NCBI RefSeq assembly: GCF_000981445.1
Contig: NC_027218.1
Coordinates: 744,001 to 808,000, forward strand
From: Babesia bigemina
Taxonomy: Eukaryota
Length of the DNA stretch: 64,000 nucleotides
Direction of reading: 5' to 3'
Under the pieces are notes generated by a model, which had not been told where the DNA came from, searched no databases, and saw only the letters and a program-made list of their open reading frames with translations. Within the stretch, counting starts at the first letter, position 1. Each line of letters begins with the position of its first letter. Shown one piece after another: positions 34,989 through 45,374 of this stretch. A program made the position numbers and the translations under genes.

Positions 34989-37555
34989 ATGGAGCTGAAG
35001 AGAGCGAAGCCGCGCCTCCAGGTCGACTTCCGAGTACCACTAGGTGCGTGGCCGGGGGCCTTGTACGGCGAGAGTCTGCCGCATTAAACCGCACGAGTCT
35101 CATAAATGTTCAGAGGTGCCTCCGGACAGCGACGACTGCATGGACCACTACCTGGGCCAGCTGAAGGAGTTCACCAAGGCCGTCCTCGTCGGCAGCTCCG
35201 GGCTCATGTACAACAAGAGCCTCATCATGGAGTACGTGCGGGAGATGGTGTGGCGGCGGCGATCGCACGAGCTGAGCGCGCAGCTGGACGCGCACCTCAA
35301 GGACACCATCGAATCGATGCTGGCCGACATCGACCGCGAGATCGACGAGGGGTCGCCCGAGAACGAAGACAACGACTACCGCAACCGGAGGGTGTTCGAC
35401 CGCATGGAGATGTGCTGGTGCCACCTGAGGAAGGCGCTGAGCGAGCTGATACAGGTCTGCTCCCAGCTGGAGTCCCCCGCCAACAACGGCGGCTTCTCGA
35501 TATGGTAGGCCGCGCGACCACGGCGCTAACCGCTGCAGGGCCGTCGCCATGAGCTACTTCCAGAGCTACCTGGAGACGAGGCAGAAAATGAAGGACCGGC
35601 TGATGGTCGCGGCGCTGGACCGTATAGCGGACTACCGGAGGGGCAGCGAGGTCGTGTTCTGCCAGATACGGAACATCGTAGAGATGTTCTCGTTCGTGCA
35701 GGTCTACGACAAGTTCGAAGAGCGGCTGCTGGCGGAGACGCGCAGCCACTACCACCAGCGGGCAGCGGAGGTGCTATCGCAAAACCGCATCACGCAGGCC
35801 TACTACGTGATCAGGGACCTGATGCAACACGAGGTGAGGCTGCACCCGTGGGATGTCAGCGCGCGCAGGAGGAGTGCTGCAAGAAGTACCTCATCAAGAA
35901 GAGCGTGGAAAACGTCCTGGGCGTGCTGCGGGTGCAGGTGCTGCTGCTGAACGCGCAGACGCTCATGGACCGGGGGGAGCTGAAGCAGATCATCCGGCGT
36001 AAGGACGTGCAGTCCATGGCGGTGCTGCTGTCCATTTACGAAAACACGGAGTGGAGCGTGATGCTGCACGACGCCATCTTCGAGGCGTCGCAGAGCATCG
36101 GGGAGGACATAACCACGAGGCTGCAGGAGGCGGCGAAGGCGGCGGCGCCGGCCAAGTCGCCGGAGCTCTGCCGCAGTTTCATCGCGGAGTTGTACGAATT
36201 CAAGAGCTGCATCGACGTCACCGTCAAGGGCACGCTGCCGGCCAGCGTGGACATGCGGGCGAAGGAGCAAGCCCTGTGGAACAAAGTCATCAACGCGAAC
36301 GAACAGGTCATGGAGGCCGTGGCGATAGCGCTCGCCTCGTACGCCGACGGGGCGCCGCACGAGATGGGCGCCGCGGAGTTCGTTGAGGACCCGCGCGGCA
36401 TCAGGTTCTTCATGCACGTGTTCAGGGCGCTCACGAAGAAGCTGAACTTCGAGGTGTACTTCAGGGGCATGCTCACCAGCAGGCTGCTGTACGACCACGG
36501 CCTGAACCAGGTGCACTCAGCCGTGGTGGCCAACCTCAAGGAGGAGTGCGGCGCCGCCTACGTCGCCAAGCTGGAGGCGCTCATCAGCGACCACAACAAC
36601 TCGTGCAAAATCGCCGACGAGTTCCGCAGCGCCCAGAACGAGGCGCTGGCGAAACTGGCTGGCAATGCGTTCCCCTTCTCCACGCTCGTGGTGTCCAAGG
36701 ACACGTGCATACGGGCCGCGCCCAAGGAGCAGCCGCCGGCCGACGACGCGTTCCAGGACTGCGAAGTCGACGGCGCGGCCCCGCAGGACACGCCGCTCGA
36801 GGTCAAAGTTGACCCCGGCCTGCAGGTGGCGAAGCAGCTGCAGGATGGCTTCATTGACTTGTACACGGCCCGGTACAAAAACAGGGCCGTCGAGTACCTG
36901 CCGGAGTTCGGGTCCGCTACGCTGGAGATGGAGCTCAACGGGGTAGGCACGCAGGTAGCACCCAGCGTTTTACTGTTTCGCAGGCCTGCTACGAGCTCAA
37001 GGTTTCCGCGTGCCAGGTAAGGTGCGGCGACGCCACTTTCATCCGACGCAGGCCTACTGCCTGCTGGCGCTCAACCAGATGGAGCAGGTCTCGCTGTCGG
37101 CGCTGCGGGAGCTCATGGGCAACGAATACAACGAGCCGATGATGCGCGAGCACCTCGCCGTGCTCAACGCGCCGTCGAGCCCGGTGGTTGTCTTCCGGCA
37201 CCCGGGCATCAGCTTCGCGACCTGCACGGCAGACGACCGCTTCGGGCTCAACCCGGCGTTCGTGCCCGCCGAGAGGGTCCTGGAGCTGCAGCACCGGAGG
37301 CCGATGTTCGACGAGCGGGCCGCGGCGGAGTCCACGCACAACGCCGTCGAGGACATCACGCCCGCCATGGAGGCCACCATCGTGCGCCACCTCAAGATAA
37401 ACCTCGAGGACTCGGCCTCGAACGTGTTCAAGGTCTGCGCCGCCAAGCACCCGAGCATCGACCGGTTCTACTTCAACAAGGTCGTGGACTCGCTGACCGA
37501 GCGGGACTTCCTCAGGTTCGAGCCGCAGCAGGACAAGTTGAAATACGTGCCGTGA
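34989..37555 (+). CDS. Cullin family protein, 6 exons (34989-35043, 35114-35504, 35539-35833, 35869-36942, 36984-37016, 37052-37555)
   Basis: FEERLLAETRSHY, FEVYFRGMLTSRLL and LKEECGAAYVAKLEALISD mark the cullin homology domain. The C-terminal winged-helix EATIVRHLK (neddylation Lys)..VDSLTERDFLR..KYVP is present. Confidence 0.9.
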
Positions 37556-37617
37556 CGCGAAGGCGCGCGGCAACCACACCTGAATGTACACACAGCCACA
37601 CATTATGCGATGTTACC

Positions 37618-39444
37618 CTAGGCCGAGGGCGGCGCGAAGCTGCGCATCGGCATGTACTTCTGCTGTATGTGCCGCCTCAGCAGGCCCACGTACTTGGCGG
37701 CCTCGCGCGGGTCCGGCGAGGTGGCTATCAGCTCCAGCAGCTTGCTGCGGTGGGAAACGAACCCCATGCGCACTCTTTCGATGCTGTTCACGACCTTGGA
37801 ACGGGTCATGACCTCCTGCGGTCGCGCAATCTTTTTCGAATACCAGCCGATCTGCGCCTCCAGCGGCATCTTCGCCAGCTTGACGGACTCGATCACGCCC
37901 ACGGGCTCGTCAAACTGCGACAGCAACACCGACTTGACGCTCTTCAAGGGGGGCGCGGGCGCTGCAGGCGCTGCCGCATCACCGCCATGCGCAGGCGTCT
38001 GCGAGCGCCTGGGCCGCAGAGTGCGGCCGCTGCTGGCGACCTTGGGCTGCATTGGCGCGCAGTTCATCGGAAGCGGGAGGCCGAACATCTCGCTAATGGC
38101 TGCGTCGTGCTCCATCTTGAGGCGCTCCCAGTTGTTCTTGACGTAGATGTAGCAGAAGCGCCGCTCGCCGCTCTTGTACATCTGGCACGGGATGCGTGAG
38201 GCCAAAAAGCAGTCGCGCAGCTCGAAGCGCTCGATGAGGTCGCCGTTGAACGACGCGTACAACCAGGCGCTGCGCGTGTTGGCAAACTGGCGCACAATGT
38301 TGTTTACCAGCGCCTTCTCCATTGCGATGTCGAACGAGTAGAGGTGGGAGGCGCCCTCGAAATGGTCGAAGGCGGAAATGTCCTCATTGCAAAAGCCCAC
38401 ACCGAGGCTCGACGGCGTGACAGAGACCCGGTGCATCGCGCGGTAGAACGCTTCGCCGTCGTCGTTGGAGCTTATCATCTCCTTGGTCGGGGTCGCCGAC
38501 GTGGAGTCGGCGTACGTCGAACCGCCCTCATACTGCGTCACCACGCTGTCGTTCACGCCCGAGGCGGTGCGTTCGCAACTCGACGTGTCGTCTTCGTTGT
38601 AGTCTTTGGTATGGCGCTTGCGGCGAGGGGTCTGCATCGCGTTGTCCGAGTCGGCAGTGGAGAGTTTCGCCGCCAAGGCCGCAGCGATGGGAGACACGCC
38701 ATCGCCGCCAACGCCGACGCCGCCGAAACAGGTGTTCTCTCTTATGCTGCGGGCAACATCCACCTTCAGGTAGTGCAGGAGGTTGTGGACTGACAGCGCG
38801 TAGCTCACGGGGCACAACTCAATCCCGATCGACGCGAACACGCGCACGTGGTGCGCAAACAAAAAGTTCGGAGCGCCCCGGCCGCTACCCAGGTCGACCA
38901 CCACGCTACGCTCATCTAACCCGAAACGCCTCATCTCGTCACAGATCTTCATCAGGCACGCAGGCCTGATTTCGCCGTACATGCCGTAGGTCGATGTGCT
39001 GATGTCGTTGATGCTGCTCTTGAACAGGTACCCGATGCCGCTGTCGACGACGTCGATGCCCCGACTCAGGTCGTAGTAAACGCGTCGGAACAGCGAACGA
39101 GCGAACTGGTTGTACTCGGCGTACGGGTCGCTGCAGGGGGTGCTCACGGTGCGCTGGACGTGGCCGGCACAGCGGTGCCTGTGGTTCAGCAGGTCCGGGA
39201 AATCGCCAATGCTGCCAGTCACCACGTGCGACGCGTAGCCAGCCGCTATGTCAGCGGGCTCGCTCACGGGCTCAACGTGACGGAAGTCCGCCGAAATCTG
39301 ACTCGCCACCTGGCGGCGCTTCGGAACGCCGTAGAGCATACCCGGCTCCACGGTGCAGGCAGAGCGTAACGCATCGTCTTCGTCAGCGGCGTAGCTGTAT
39401 ACGCGTTTGGAGGACATGTGGCGGCCGCGAATCAGATGATCCAT
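37618..39444 (-). CDS. DOT1-like class I SAM-dependent (putative H3K79) methyltransferase
   Basis: MYGEIRP..GLDERSVVVDLGSGRG..SIGIELC matches the DOT1 YGE / DLGSG.G / G.E motifs. Start at ATG 39444 or 39417. Confidence 0.72.
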   Translation of the reverse strand: MDHLIRGRHMSSKRVYSYAADEDDALRSACTVEPGMLYGVPKRRQVASQISADFRHVEPVSEPADIAAGYASHVVTGSIGDFPDLLNHRHRCAGHVQRTVSTPCSDPYAEYNQFARSLFRRVYYDLSRGIDVVDSGIGYLFKSSINDISTSTYGMYGEIRPACLMKICDEMRRFGLDERSVVVDLGSGRGAPNFLFAHHVRVFASIGIELCPVSYALSVHNLLHYLKVDVARSIRENTCFGGVGVGGDGVSPIAAALAAKLSTADSDNAMQTPRRKRHTKDYNEDDTSSCERTASGVNDSVVTQYEGGSTYADSTSATPTKEMISSNDDGEAFYRAMHRVSVTPSSLGVGFCNEDISAFDHFEGASHLYSFDIAMEKALVNNIVRQFANTRSAWLYASFNGDLIERFELRDCFLASRIPCQMYKSGERRFCYIYVKNNWERLKMEHDAAISEMFGLPLPMNCAPMQPKVASSGRTLRPRRSQTPAHGGDAAAPAAPAPPLKSVKSVLLSQFDEPVGVIESVKLAKMPLEAQIGWYSKKIARPQEVMTRSKVVNSIERVRMGFVSHRSKLLELIATSPDPREAAKYVGLLRRHIQQKYMPMRSFAPPSA

Positions 39445-40454
39445 CGCGGACAGGGAACAGAACACAACGCCAGAAGCCTCAGACAAGAGCTACCATGAAT
39501 ATGTCGCAACAACCGCGAAATCCAGCTACCCGCGTCGTGTCACCTGTTAGGCGTATATATATTTGGGCGTCCGGCCGCGAAAATGCAGCCAAAACAGCCA
39601 GACGGAGGTTTGAGTTGACCGACGACCACGAAGCCGCAGGCGGCGCCACAACGGAAACTAATCCGCAATCTTCCACCGCTATAGCGTCACTCGATCCACA
39701 TTTACAGCGCGTAATTTTAGTTCCAGGCTGCAGCGGCCAGCCGAGCGACGCGGGTGTTGGGAAGGACGTCGGAGGCGGCGAGGCGGTGCCGAGCTCGTCA
39801 ACTGACCGTTATCGGGCGTTTTCGCGGGAGGAAGACGCAAACAAGCAACTGCAATTTTCGCGTGATGCCGCCGGCGCCACACGGGATCGGAAAACGGCTA
39901 GCGACCAGCCAACCACAGCCTCAAATATTCCACGCAGGGGGTGCCCGACTACCAGGCTGTTATCCACTGCAAATCATCTAGCCGTTTTCCAAGCCGATAT
40001 TTTTGCCTCGACTGTGGACACAGAATCCCCAATCGCGTGCGATGGGTGGCCAGAAGCGGCCGTATCGCCTGCGACGCTCCATCCGAGACACTCAGTGCCA
40101 AACACACTAGCGCCACTTCCACTGCAATTTGCCGCCACTGGCGCGATTTCACAGCATACCGAGACGCATAAATGATCGCGGAATATCTGTTGAGCGCGCC
40201 GCCGCGGCGCGGTGGCGGCCTTCCGTATGCGAAACCCATCTGTGGTGGCTGGAGACGCTGGCCAAGCAACACCCACCGAAACACATAGACACCGTTGCGG
40301 AATCGACTCACTAGTGCATCTGACATTTGTATGTCGCGATGGACTCGCGTTGCGACTTGCCGTGAGCGACGCGGTGCCGTAGAGGCCATGGGCGGCCGAC
40401 GCGACGCTTCAACGTAACGCAGCCATTACACACCCGTAGCGCTAGCGCCATAAG

Positions 40455-41342
40455 ATGTCCGAGGACGCTGCGCGTGTCAACCGACGTAGTCAAAGGAGCG
40501 AATCGTACGATAGCGATAGGGGAAGGCGCCGCCGTAGAAGCGACCGCAGCCGCTCGTCGAGGTCACGGGATAGGGGCCGGAGAGCTCGCACATCGAAATA
40601 CAGCCCGTCGTCGGACACCGACAGCGCTCGGGAGTCAGATGATTGGCCGCTTTCGCGGCATACCCGTTACGATAGACGGTCGGAAGGGACGCGTAGACAC
40701 AGAAGGGAGTGCCACGGAGATACGGGCACTCATACGAAATACACGGGCGCCGAAGTGCGTAGACGAAGAAAAAGCAGGAGCTCGTCGCGGGAACGCTCGG
40801 TAACTAGAGGTAGAGGTCGGTATCGTAGCCCTGAGCGCAGGGAGCGTTCAGGCCATCGCAGCCGGGGTTCAGCGAGGGAGCGCCACGACAGCGACAGGCG
40901 GAGGGTGAATCCAGAAAAAACGGCCAAGACGGACGTGTACAACGCCATTGGCGAACGGCAGAACACAGACGCGCAGGAAGCTGCCCTGCGGCCGGGCCCG
41001 GCGCAACACGCCGCGGACACGACTGCGATGCTGCAACACGCGCTGGGCGAGAGAACTGACATCAACGTTGCCGCCTTGAGCAACGAGTTCAAGGAGCTCA
41101 ACTACTCGAAGGCGTACGGAATCGACATCACCGGATTCGTCGGAATGCAACCGGAGATTCTCAACGTGAACGTGCCCACAGAAGCCAAACCGGTCTCCAG
41201 ACAGCAAAGGAGACAGTTTAGGAAGGAGGAAATACGGAACCACCCAGACAGGTTCTGGAAGTGCAACAAATGCGAGTTTATGAACTACCTCTCAAATTAC
41301 CAGTGCGACGGGTGCCAACAACTACGGAACGCCAATAGGTAG
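40455..41342 (+). CDS. Arg/Ser-rich protein with C-terminal RanBP2-type zinc finger (putative RNA-binding/splicing factor)
   Basis: RS/RD-rich N-terminal half. WKCNKCEFMNYLSNYQCDGC fits W-x-C-x2-C-x3-N-x6-C-x2-C. Confidence 0.85.
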   Translation: MSEDAARVNRRSQRSESYDSDRGRRRRRSDRSRSSRSRDRGRRARTSKYSPSSDTDSARESDDWPLSRHTRYDRRSEGTRRHRRECHGDTGTHTKYTGAEVRRRRKSRSSSRERSVTRGRGRYRSPERRERSGHRSRGSARERHDSDRRRVNPEKTAKTDVYNAIGERQNTDAQEAALRPGPAQHAADTTAMLQHALGERTDINVAALSNEFKELNYSKAYGIDITGFVGMQPEILNVNVPTEAKPVSRQQRRQFRKEEIRNHPDRFWKCNKCEFMNYLSNYQCDGCQQLRNANR

Positions 41343-41808
41343 GTTGCGGTGAATTTCTGAACGGCGCTGCCAGCGCCAGCAACTCGATAAACCGCCATCA
41401 GCGTGAGTGAGGCGCCAACAAAAAGGGTCGTTCGAGCGATTTTGTAATTTGGCGAAGCAACCGCCGGTTGGCGACCTTCAATGACCCTACGAGCTTAAGG
41501 CACCATATTGGATCTGTATGCGTACAACAGCGATACAAGCGCTGCCGACATATCGCTGTATAACGGTAATATACGTCCACACATAAGGGTTCCAGCAAGC
41601 GTATCCAAGTCCGGCTGGAGAGTCGTAGCCTCACCGGTGACTAGGGGCTGCCCTGACACCAGCATCGCAAGCGGTCAAGCAAACGCGTCGTTATACGGCG
41701 CACATCATGGATTTTGAGAGCGAATTGTGAGCATATGTTCCGCTCTGTATTATGTGCAGGAAGAGAGGTGGTAAGGTAGGAATGCTGTAGCAACAAGAGG
41801 TGCTAAAA

Positions 41809-44800
41809 ATGGCGAGGCACCTCCCAATACGTGTAACGCACCGCAGCAGCCCCGATCACAGGTGCATGGCCATATCCAGCGATGGGAACACGATAGCGCT
41901 CGCCGTCAAGAACGAAATCGTTATCTTCCCGACGTACTCGCCGTCGCTACCAAGCTACAAGCTGGTATTCGACACAGAGCTACACAAGCTCAACGTACAG
42001 CTGCAACGAGGAGCGTGTGCTGATCGGCAACAATGTGCGCTTATCAGCGAATTTGGGTCCCCAAAGGAGCGCGCCATTCAAAACATTCGCGGGGTTGTTC
42101 ACATGGCATTCCACGGAGAGGAAGATGAATACCTGATTGCACTAGGCAAGAGCAACATCGCCATTTACGACCTCATGGAAGAGGAGGCGAATCCCATAAT
42201 CACCGCGGGACTGCGAAGGGAACTCGACGAAAGTGCAAAGGTCTGCTTTTACCCGATGAACCTGGAGAGGCGCACCGTCAAAATCAACCTATTCCCGGAG
42301 AAGGGGCTATCGTGCTTCGAATTCATGATCAGCGACGTTAAAATGGAAATCAACTACTATAGGTTGGTCTTCTGCGAAACTGACAAATGGTGGTACCACG
42401 ATTGCGGAGCAGCAGTTAACGTGCTCAGCAACATTGAGCACCGAGGTGCGCAAACATTGGTGGAACCAATCCCCGTCAAACCGGAAATAAAGCGAGTAAA
42501 AATCGACACTGATGATGATGATGAAGAAGAAGACGAAGAAGACGAAGAAGATTATGAAGGTGAAGAAAATGAAGAGGAGGAAGACGGCGCTGATGAACGT
42601 GAAGAGGAGGACGAGGAGGAGGAGCGAGTGCACCAAGGGCACGGAGATGAAGAGGAGGAGGAGGAGGAGGAAGAAGAAGAAGAAGAAGGGGACGAAGATG
42701 ATGAAGATGACCATGATGATGAAGACCGGCAAGGAGAAGAAAGTGAAGAAAAGGAGGAGTACATCAAAGAGCTGACTCAAACAACGAGGGCAAAACGGTT
42801 TACCCGATCGCCACCAGTCGTATTAGGCAGGGAAAACATCTCTCTACAAAACTCCTCAGACGGTTATTCCGATGGCTTTTTCGCCGAGCAATCAGATGCG
42901 GTCTATGCGGATAACTACAAGCCTTTGATCCGAAGTGCGGACGACAAGGAGAATTTCGGCGCTTCTGATGACAATGCCGGCGATTGTTATGTGCAAGGGA
43001 ACCCAAATAACGTTCATAGGAATAGATTCGATTCGCCACGTGGGCGCGAGAATCCGAAAAGTGCAGACCAGCATGGAAACTATGGGGAAGGGTTTGAGAA
43101 TGGGCCTTCCAGCATTTACAACCAGATGTCGCTGACTTACAGCGGTTCAAGTGATATGGATATTCAAATCGATGAGTTGGAGATACGTGGAAGTGCAGAC
43201 CAGCACAAGCAGGACTATGACGATGAGGATGATGACGAATATGATATGGATATATCTGACGATACAGACGAGAACTTCTATAATGCACAGAAGCACGCCA
43301 GAAGCAGTGGTGGCGCAGCAGATACGGATGACAACACGATAGATGAAGGTTCCTTATCAGGAGATGCGTACCATGGCGAAAACGAATCGGATACAAACAT
43401 GGCCGACATAAACGACGCGGGTGACCACAGTTCTGAAGATGTGAGCGATGACATGTCCACGGCAACTCCGAGCAGGCGAATTAGGAATCTCGCTGATGTA
43501 TCGCAAGGGTGGACTGCCGTAGGGCAACCGGACGGCACGCTGGAGAGTAGGGTGTCACTAGGCGAAACCCAAACCAGCGCCGGGAACGAAACTGGACTTG
43601 GAAAGGGCAAGGTAATGGCGAAACACGTTACTCCAGCCCAACATCCAGCTGAAGAAACGCCATTCGCCGACCCGGAAGTTGAAGCAGAGCTGAGGGTAGA
43701 GCAGAGCCAGACGCCTGTGCCGCATGCGGATCCGGGCAAAACCATAGTGGTGTTCAGCGTCCTACCGGCATCAATGACCAACGCAAATGTGAACCGAAAG
43801 GTGGCCAGCGAATACCCTGTCATGGAGGACGAACAGCTACTGAACGAGGCGTTAGGAGAGACCAATTCAGCCTTAGAGGGCAGGTGTATCACTGTGAACT
43901 ATGGCAGGGTGTTTTTAATGATTGCCGCGCACGAGTTTGGATACGTCGGGATCTTCAGAATAACCGTTGACTATAAGACGAGTACGATCATGCCAGAAGG
44001 CCGAATTCTGCAGGTGGTCAGCGGCCAACCCAGCGCTACACCCATCTGTCGGATACAACTCATCTCCCCTATTGCAGTAGAAAACATCGCATACAGCCAA
44101 GGGATCCTTGGGGTCTTCGCCGTGCTCGGGGGAGACGCGTCTTTGGTTATGCGTTGTGGTTTACCGGAAGTTACGTATAACTTCGGTCACGCGGAAGTCC
44201 ACAATGGCGAGGTTACCATAACGGCCAGCATGGATGATGCTGTGACAGATCTACAAACCGTCTTCAGACACCACGAGACGGCGATGAACGCACTGCGGTA
44301 CAAGGTGGGCGCATTTGGATATTGCAGGGGCGATTGCTTTTTCGTCACCAACTCGAGTTCGGGGCTTAAAATATTCGGCATGGAGGCGGACGCTAGGGGC
44401 AGGTTTCTAAAGGTCGCCATCAGGTGCTCGAAGCACTTCGGCTTTAACGACCTTGTATGGATTCCACACTCAATGCGAGTTGCGCTGCTGGGCCGAGACG
44501 GGAGGATGGCTATACTGAGCCCGGAGCAGTCCACCGAGTGGGCTAAACTCGTGCCCAATTTTAAGCGAATCGAGAAAAATGCGGAGTACGTCGAAAAGGA
44601 ATCCGAGTTCGACACGACACTTCCGACAGACGAGGATGAGATAAATAGGGTGATCGACTATGACAAAGCTCACCACCGGGACAGGTACCCGTTCTTCTAC
44701 AAGGCCTCATATGCTGTGTTCGGGTACCGGGGACCACCAACTGCGGGCAAACCCGACTTTGTCGGCAAGCCCATATTGCATAACAAGGGTATCATTGACC

Positions 44801-44826
44801 AATACATCGAACGGCTCTGGTTGTGA
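41809..44826 (+). CDS. Hypothetical ~1005 aa protein with WD40-like ends and a large acidic central insertion
   Basis: Long ORF from ATG 41809. CMAISSDGNTIALAVKNEIVIF and GFNDLVWIPHSMRVALLGRDGRMAIL look like propeller blades. Poly-E/D tract at about aa 235-320. Confidence 0.8.
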   Translation: MARHLPIRVTHRSSPDHRCMAISSDGNTIALAVKNEIVIFPTYSPSLPSYKLVFDTELHKLNVQLQRGACADRQQCALISEFGSPKERAIQNIRGVVHMAFHGEEDEYLIALGKSNIAIYDLMEEEANPIITAGLRRELDESAKVCFYPMNLERRTVKINLFPEKGLSCFEFMISDVKMEINYYRLVFCETDKWWYHDCGAAVNVLSNIEHRGAQTLVEPIPVKPEIKRVKIDTDDDDEEEDEEDEEDYEGEENEEEEDGADEREEEDEEEERVHQGHGDEEEEEEEEEEEEEGDEDDEDDHDDEDRQGEESEEKEEYIKELTQTTRAKRFTRSPPVVLGRENISLQNSSDGYSDGFFAEQSDAVYADNYKPLIRSADDKENFGASDDNAGDCYVQGNPNNVHRNRFDSPRGRENPKSADQHGNYGEGFENGPSSIYNQMSLTYSGSSDMDIQIDELEIRGSADQHKQDYDDEDDDEYDMDISDDTDENFYNAQKHARSSGGAADTDDNTIDEGSLSGDAYHGENESDTNMADINDAGDHSSEDVSDDMSTATPSRRIRNLADVSQGWTAVGQPDGTLESRVSLGETQTSAGNETGLGKGKVMAKHVTPAQHPAEETPFADPEVEAELRVEQSQTPVPHADPGKTIVVFSVLPASMTNANVNRKVASEYPVMEDEQLLNEALGETNSALEGRCITVNYGRVFLMIAAHEFGYVGIFRITVDYKTSTIMPEGRILQVVSGQPSATPICRIQLISPIAVENIAYSQGILGVFAVLGGDASLVMRCGLPEVTYNFGHAEVHNGEVTITASMDDAVTDLQTVFRHHETAMNALRYKVGAFGYCRGDCFFVTNSSSGLKIFGMEADARGRFLKVAIRCSKHFGFNDLVWIPHSMRVALLGRDGRMAILSPEQSTEWAKLVPNFKRIEKNAEYVEKESEFDTTLPTDEDEINRVIDYDKAHHRDRYPFFYKASYAVFGYRGPPTAGKPDFVGKPILHNKGIIDQYIERLWL
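42505..42760 (+). repeat. GAA/GAG/GAT trinucleotide low-complexity tract encoding poly-Glu/Asp
   Basis: Direct reading, e.g. gaagaggaggaggaggaggaggaagaagaagaagaagaa. Confidence 0.9.
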
Positions 44827-45037
44827 CATCTGCAGTCACTGCTGCCTGCAAGGTGTTGTAGGTGACCTGGTGGCTCTACGTGGTTACGATGGTATTCACC
44901 TTTCGTGTGCTGCGTCGTGGAAGAACGATGCAAAGCGGACCCGCATATATCGTCAGCAACACACAGAAGCTTTCACATTAAATTCGCATGGCTTCAGATG
45001 CGTCATGAGGCGCAACAGTTCGTTAATTTCAATCGCT

Positions 45038-45105
45038 TACGTTGACAAGTTTTAGTTCGTTCGTAACTACGTTGACAAGTTTTAGTTCATGCGTAACTCC
45101 GTTGA
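45038..45105. repeat. 30-bp tandem duplication (~2.3 copies) between convergent genes
   Basis: tacgttgacaagttttagttcgttcgtaac / tacgttgacaagttttagttcatgcgtaac / tccgttga. Confidence 0.9.
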
Positions 45106-45374
45106 ATCAATAAATGCATAAGTTACGTATTGTGTGACTACGATGATGCGCTCATAGTGGAGTGCTAACAGGCATACAACCAGGGCAGCGCAGCAACACC
45201 GAGTCGCAGAATTGGCCAGTTGTTTCGCCTTGCGGATACCTGATTCGTTACAAGTTAAACCTAGTGCACCGACCATCAGGCAGCATGCCACGTATTGCGC
45301 AACGAATTAGCCATTAGCTACAACACCGAACAGTTTGATGAGCAGTTGACAGCGGCAATACGCAGTATCGTGCC

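Noticed and set aside
6242..39500. Many 60-520 aa antisense or alternate-frame ORFs (e.g. 19303..20868-, 31733..33010+, 18058..19113-)
   Set aside because: Shadow ORFs caused by high GC and codon bias in the real genes; no recognisable motifs.
39495..40400. 226-aa and 146-aa ORFs between the DOT1-like and zinc-finger genes
   Set aside because: Random-looking composition in a probable bidirectional promoter/UTR region.
45038..45105. CRISPR-like repeat
   Set aside because: The copies are adjacent with no spacers, there are no cas genes, and the genome is eukaryotic.
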